Source of the DNA: Cyanophora paradoxa CCMP329
Taxonomy: Eukaryota > Plantae > Glaucophyta
Direction: 5' to 3'
DNA: 64,000 bases
Assembly (NCBI GenBank): GCA_004431415.1
Contig: QPMI01000469.1
Location: 186,001 to 250,000 of the forward strand
Program-made: the position numbers and the translations under genes
The notes under the pieces: model-generated
Databases searched by the model: none
What the model was told of the DNA's origin: nothing
What the model saw: only the letters and a program-made list of their open reading frames with translations
Part shown: piece by piece, positions 62,284 to 64,000 of the stretch
Position numbering within the stretch: the stretch's first letter is position 1
How the letters are laid out: each line of letters opens with the position of its first letter

Positions 62284-64000
62284 TCACTCCTTCGCCTCCC
62301 CGTCAGCTGGCGCCTCTGCCGGAGGGGCGTCGGGTCCAGGCTCAACCGCTGCCTCCGCTGCGGGAGCCACCGCCGCATCCGCTTCCGCCTCGACCGCCGG
62401 TGCAGACTCGGCTGGCGCCTCAGCCGCCGGCTCAGCGGGAGCATCTGCCGGCGGAGCCTCTGCCGCTGGCTCGGATGCCGCTGGCTCGGCAGAAGGCTCT
62501 GCTGGTGCTTCGGCCACTGCAGGCGCGTCCGGCTCGGCTGCTGCTGCTGCAGCCTCTGCAGCGGCCTCGGCAGGCGCAGTGTCGGCGGCTCCTACCGCTG
62601 CTGCCGGCTCCTCATCTTTCCCTGCCTCGGCCTCCACCGCCGCCTCAGCTGCCTCCGTCGCAGCCGGGGCTTCCGCCGCCTCCGCGGCCGCTGCATCTTC
62701 TGCGGGTGCACTCGCCGGCGCAGCTTCGGCGTCTGGCTCTGCCGCAGGCTGCTCTGCCGCAGGCTGCTCTGGCGCTGGTGCATCCGCTGCTGCTGCCTCG
62801 GAAGCCTCCGCTGGCGCTGCAGCCGGGGCCTCGGCTGGCGCTGCCACCGCCGCCGCCTCTTCAGAGGCGTCCGCCGCCGCCGCCTCGGCAGCCGCCTCTG
62901 CCGCAGGCTCCTCCTTCGCCTCTCCCGCGGCCTCAGCCGCAGCGGCTTCTGCAGGGGGCTCGGGGGCTGCGGACTCTGCAGGGGCCTCGGCCGCCGATTC
63001 CGCTTCCGGAGGAACGGCAGCGGCCTCCGCCGCCTCCGCTTCCGCTGCAGCCTCGGGCGCTGATGTCGGCGCCGGCTCGGCTGCTGCTTCGCCCGCAACA
63101 TCATTTGCGGCTTCTGCGGGAGGCTCCCCCGCTGCGGCCTCTGTCGGCGCGTCTGTCGCAGGGGGCTCCGCAGCGGGCTCTGCGGGGGTCTCGGCCGGCG
63201 CCGCCTCTGCCGGGGCAGGGGCGGGGGCCGGCTCGGCCGCAGCGCGGTCGGTGGGCGGCTCGACGGGGGCGGGCTCCTCGGGTGCCGGGGCGCCCTGCAG
63301 GCCGGCCTCCTCTTCGAGGGCGACGTCGGCCTCCGCGGGGCCTCGGGCGCCGCGGCGGGGCTTCGGGGGCGGCCACGGGGGCGCCGAAGGCGGCGGCCGA
63401 GCCGGCGGCGATGGCTTCCAGCACGAGGCCCGCACCGCCCCCGCAAGCTCCGCCTCCTCCCCGCTGACAGCCCCCCTCCGCCTCTTCCTGCCCCCCACCG
63501 CCCCTGCCGCCGGCTCCGCCTTCGCCGCCGGCTTCGCCTTGGCCCCCGCCGCCGCCGCCTCCTCCTTCTTCGCCGCCGCCGCCGCGTCCGCCTCCGCCTG
63601 GACGGCCAGCGTCGGCCCCGCCCCGCCCCGCCAGCACGGGCGCCCCGGGCGGCAGACCTTCTTCTTGGCGGCCGCCTCGGCGTCGGCCTTCTTCTTCGCA
63701 GCCGCCTCCTCCGCCTTCTTCTTGGCCGCCGCCTCCGCCTCCGCGTCGGCCTTCTTCTTCGCCTCGGCCGCCTCCTCCGCCTTCTTCTTCGCCTCGGCCG
63801 CCTTGCGCTTGCGCTCCTCGTCGGCCTTCTTGCGCTCCTCGTCGGCGCGCTTCTTGGCCGCCGCCTCCTCCTCGGCCTTCTTGCGGTCCGCCTCGGCCTT
63901 CTCCGCCTTCTTGCGGTCCGCGTCCGCCTTGCGCCGCTCCGCCTCCTCCTTGCGCCGCCGCTCCTCCTCCGCCTTCTTCCGCTTCTCCGCCCGCTGCGCG
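62284..64000 (-). CDS. 3' part of an Ala/Glu/Lys/Pro-rich low-complexity protein (start lies outside the window)
   Basis: Charged helix-like repeats (EEAAEAKKKADAEAEAAAKKKAEE) followed by an acidic PAAE-rich tail ending ..ADGEAKE* at 62284. Confidence 0.65.
   Translation of the reverse strand, partial: AQRAEKRKKAEEERRRKEEAERRKADADRKKAEKAEADRKKAEEEAAAKKRADEERKKADEERKRKAAEAKKKAEEAAEAKKKADAEAEAAAKKKAEEAAAKKKADAEAAAKKKVCRPGRPCWRGGAGPTLAVQAEADAAAAAKKEEAAAAGAKAKPAAKAEPAAGAVGGRKRRRGAVSGEEAELAGAVRASCWKPSPPARPPPSAPPWPPPKPRRGARGPAEADVALEEEAGLQGAPAPEEPAPVEPPTDRAAAEPAPAPAPAEAAPAETPAEPAAEPPATDAPTEAAAGEPPAEAANDVAGEAAAEPAPTSAPEAAAEAEAAEAAAVPPEAESAAEAPAESAAPEPPAEAAAAEAAGEAKEEPAAEAAAEAAAADASEEAAAVAAPAEAPAAAPAEASEAAAADAPAPEQPAAEQPAAEPDAEAAPASAPAEDAAAAEAAEAPAATEAAEAAVEAEAGKDEEPAAAVGAADTAPAEAAAEAAAAAAEPDAPAVAEAPAEPSAEPAASEPAAEAPPADAPAEPAAEAPAESAPAVEAEADAAVAPAAEAAVEPGPDAPPAEAPADGEAKE

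Noticed and set aside
62284-64000. TolA or other bacterial membrane-protein call
   Set aside because: The similarity is only low-complexity A/E/K composition. The gene appears to contain a spliceosomal-type intron (~63600-63655) and its N-terminus is outside the window.

Overview
This is eukaryotic nuclear DNA: very GC-rich and gene-dense, with many ~45-75 nt GT-AG and GC-AG introns. Most long Arg/Gly/Pro/Ala-rich entries in the ORF track are shadow frames, so I rebuilt the genes by splicing by eye. Plastid transit peptides with an N-terminal Phe (MAFV.., MASSAF.., MAFAA..) together with cilium genes point to a glaucophyte alga such as Cyanophora (inference). About 24 protein genes are present: an LRR-ankyrin-TIR-TIR protein, a COPI-associated/TVP15-like protein, a SPATA4/SPEF1-like CH protein, an inverted pair of C2 genes, a Leptospira-type citramalate synthase (CimA) with transit peptide, a TMX3-like PDI, DapA, a 3R-MYB, a histidine phosphatase, a C2-IQ protein, a USP35/38-like deubiquitinase, TMEM216, a PSII S4/YlmH protein, four CEP164-N-like WW paralogues, an MLKL-like 4HB-SAM-CHORD-like protein and several hypotheticals. 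Mobile DNA includes a retroelement-like left end with a ~92-bp tandem array, a DIRS/Ngaro RNase H fragment, a 2.57-kb CACAG-ended element with RSS-like ends, and a hAT MITE nested in a Tc1/mariner MITE. There is also an intact-looking tRNA-like Pol III gene with an abnormal anticodon arm. The best candidates for new biology are (1) innate-immunity/cell-death-type proteins with unusual architectures (MLKL-4HB+SAM+CHORD-like; LRR+ANK+2xTIR), (2) a bacterial-type plastid citramalate route to isoleucine, (3) a family of short CEP164-N WW proteins, and (4) the RSS-like transposon ends. Exon boundaries and domain calls are by eye and from memory of the families; no database search was run.
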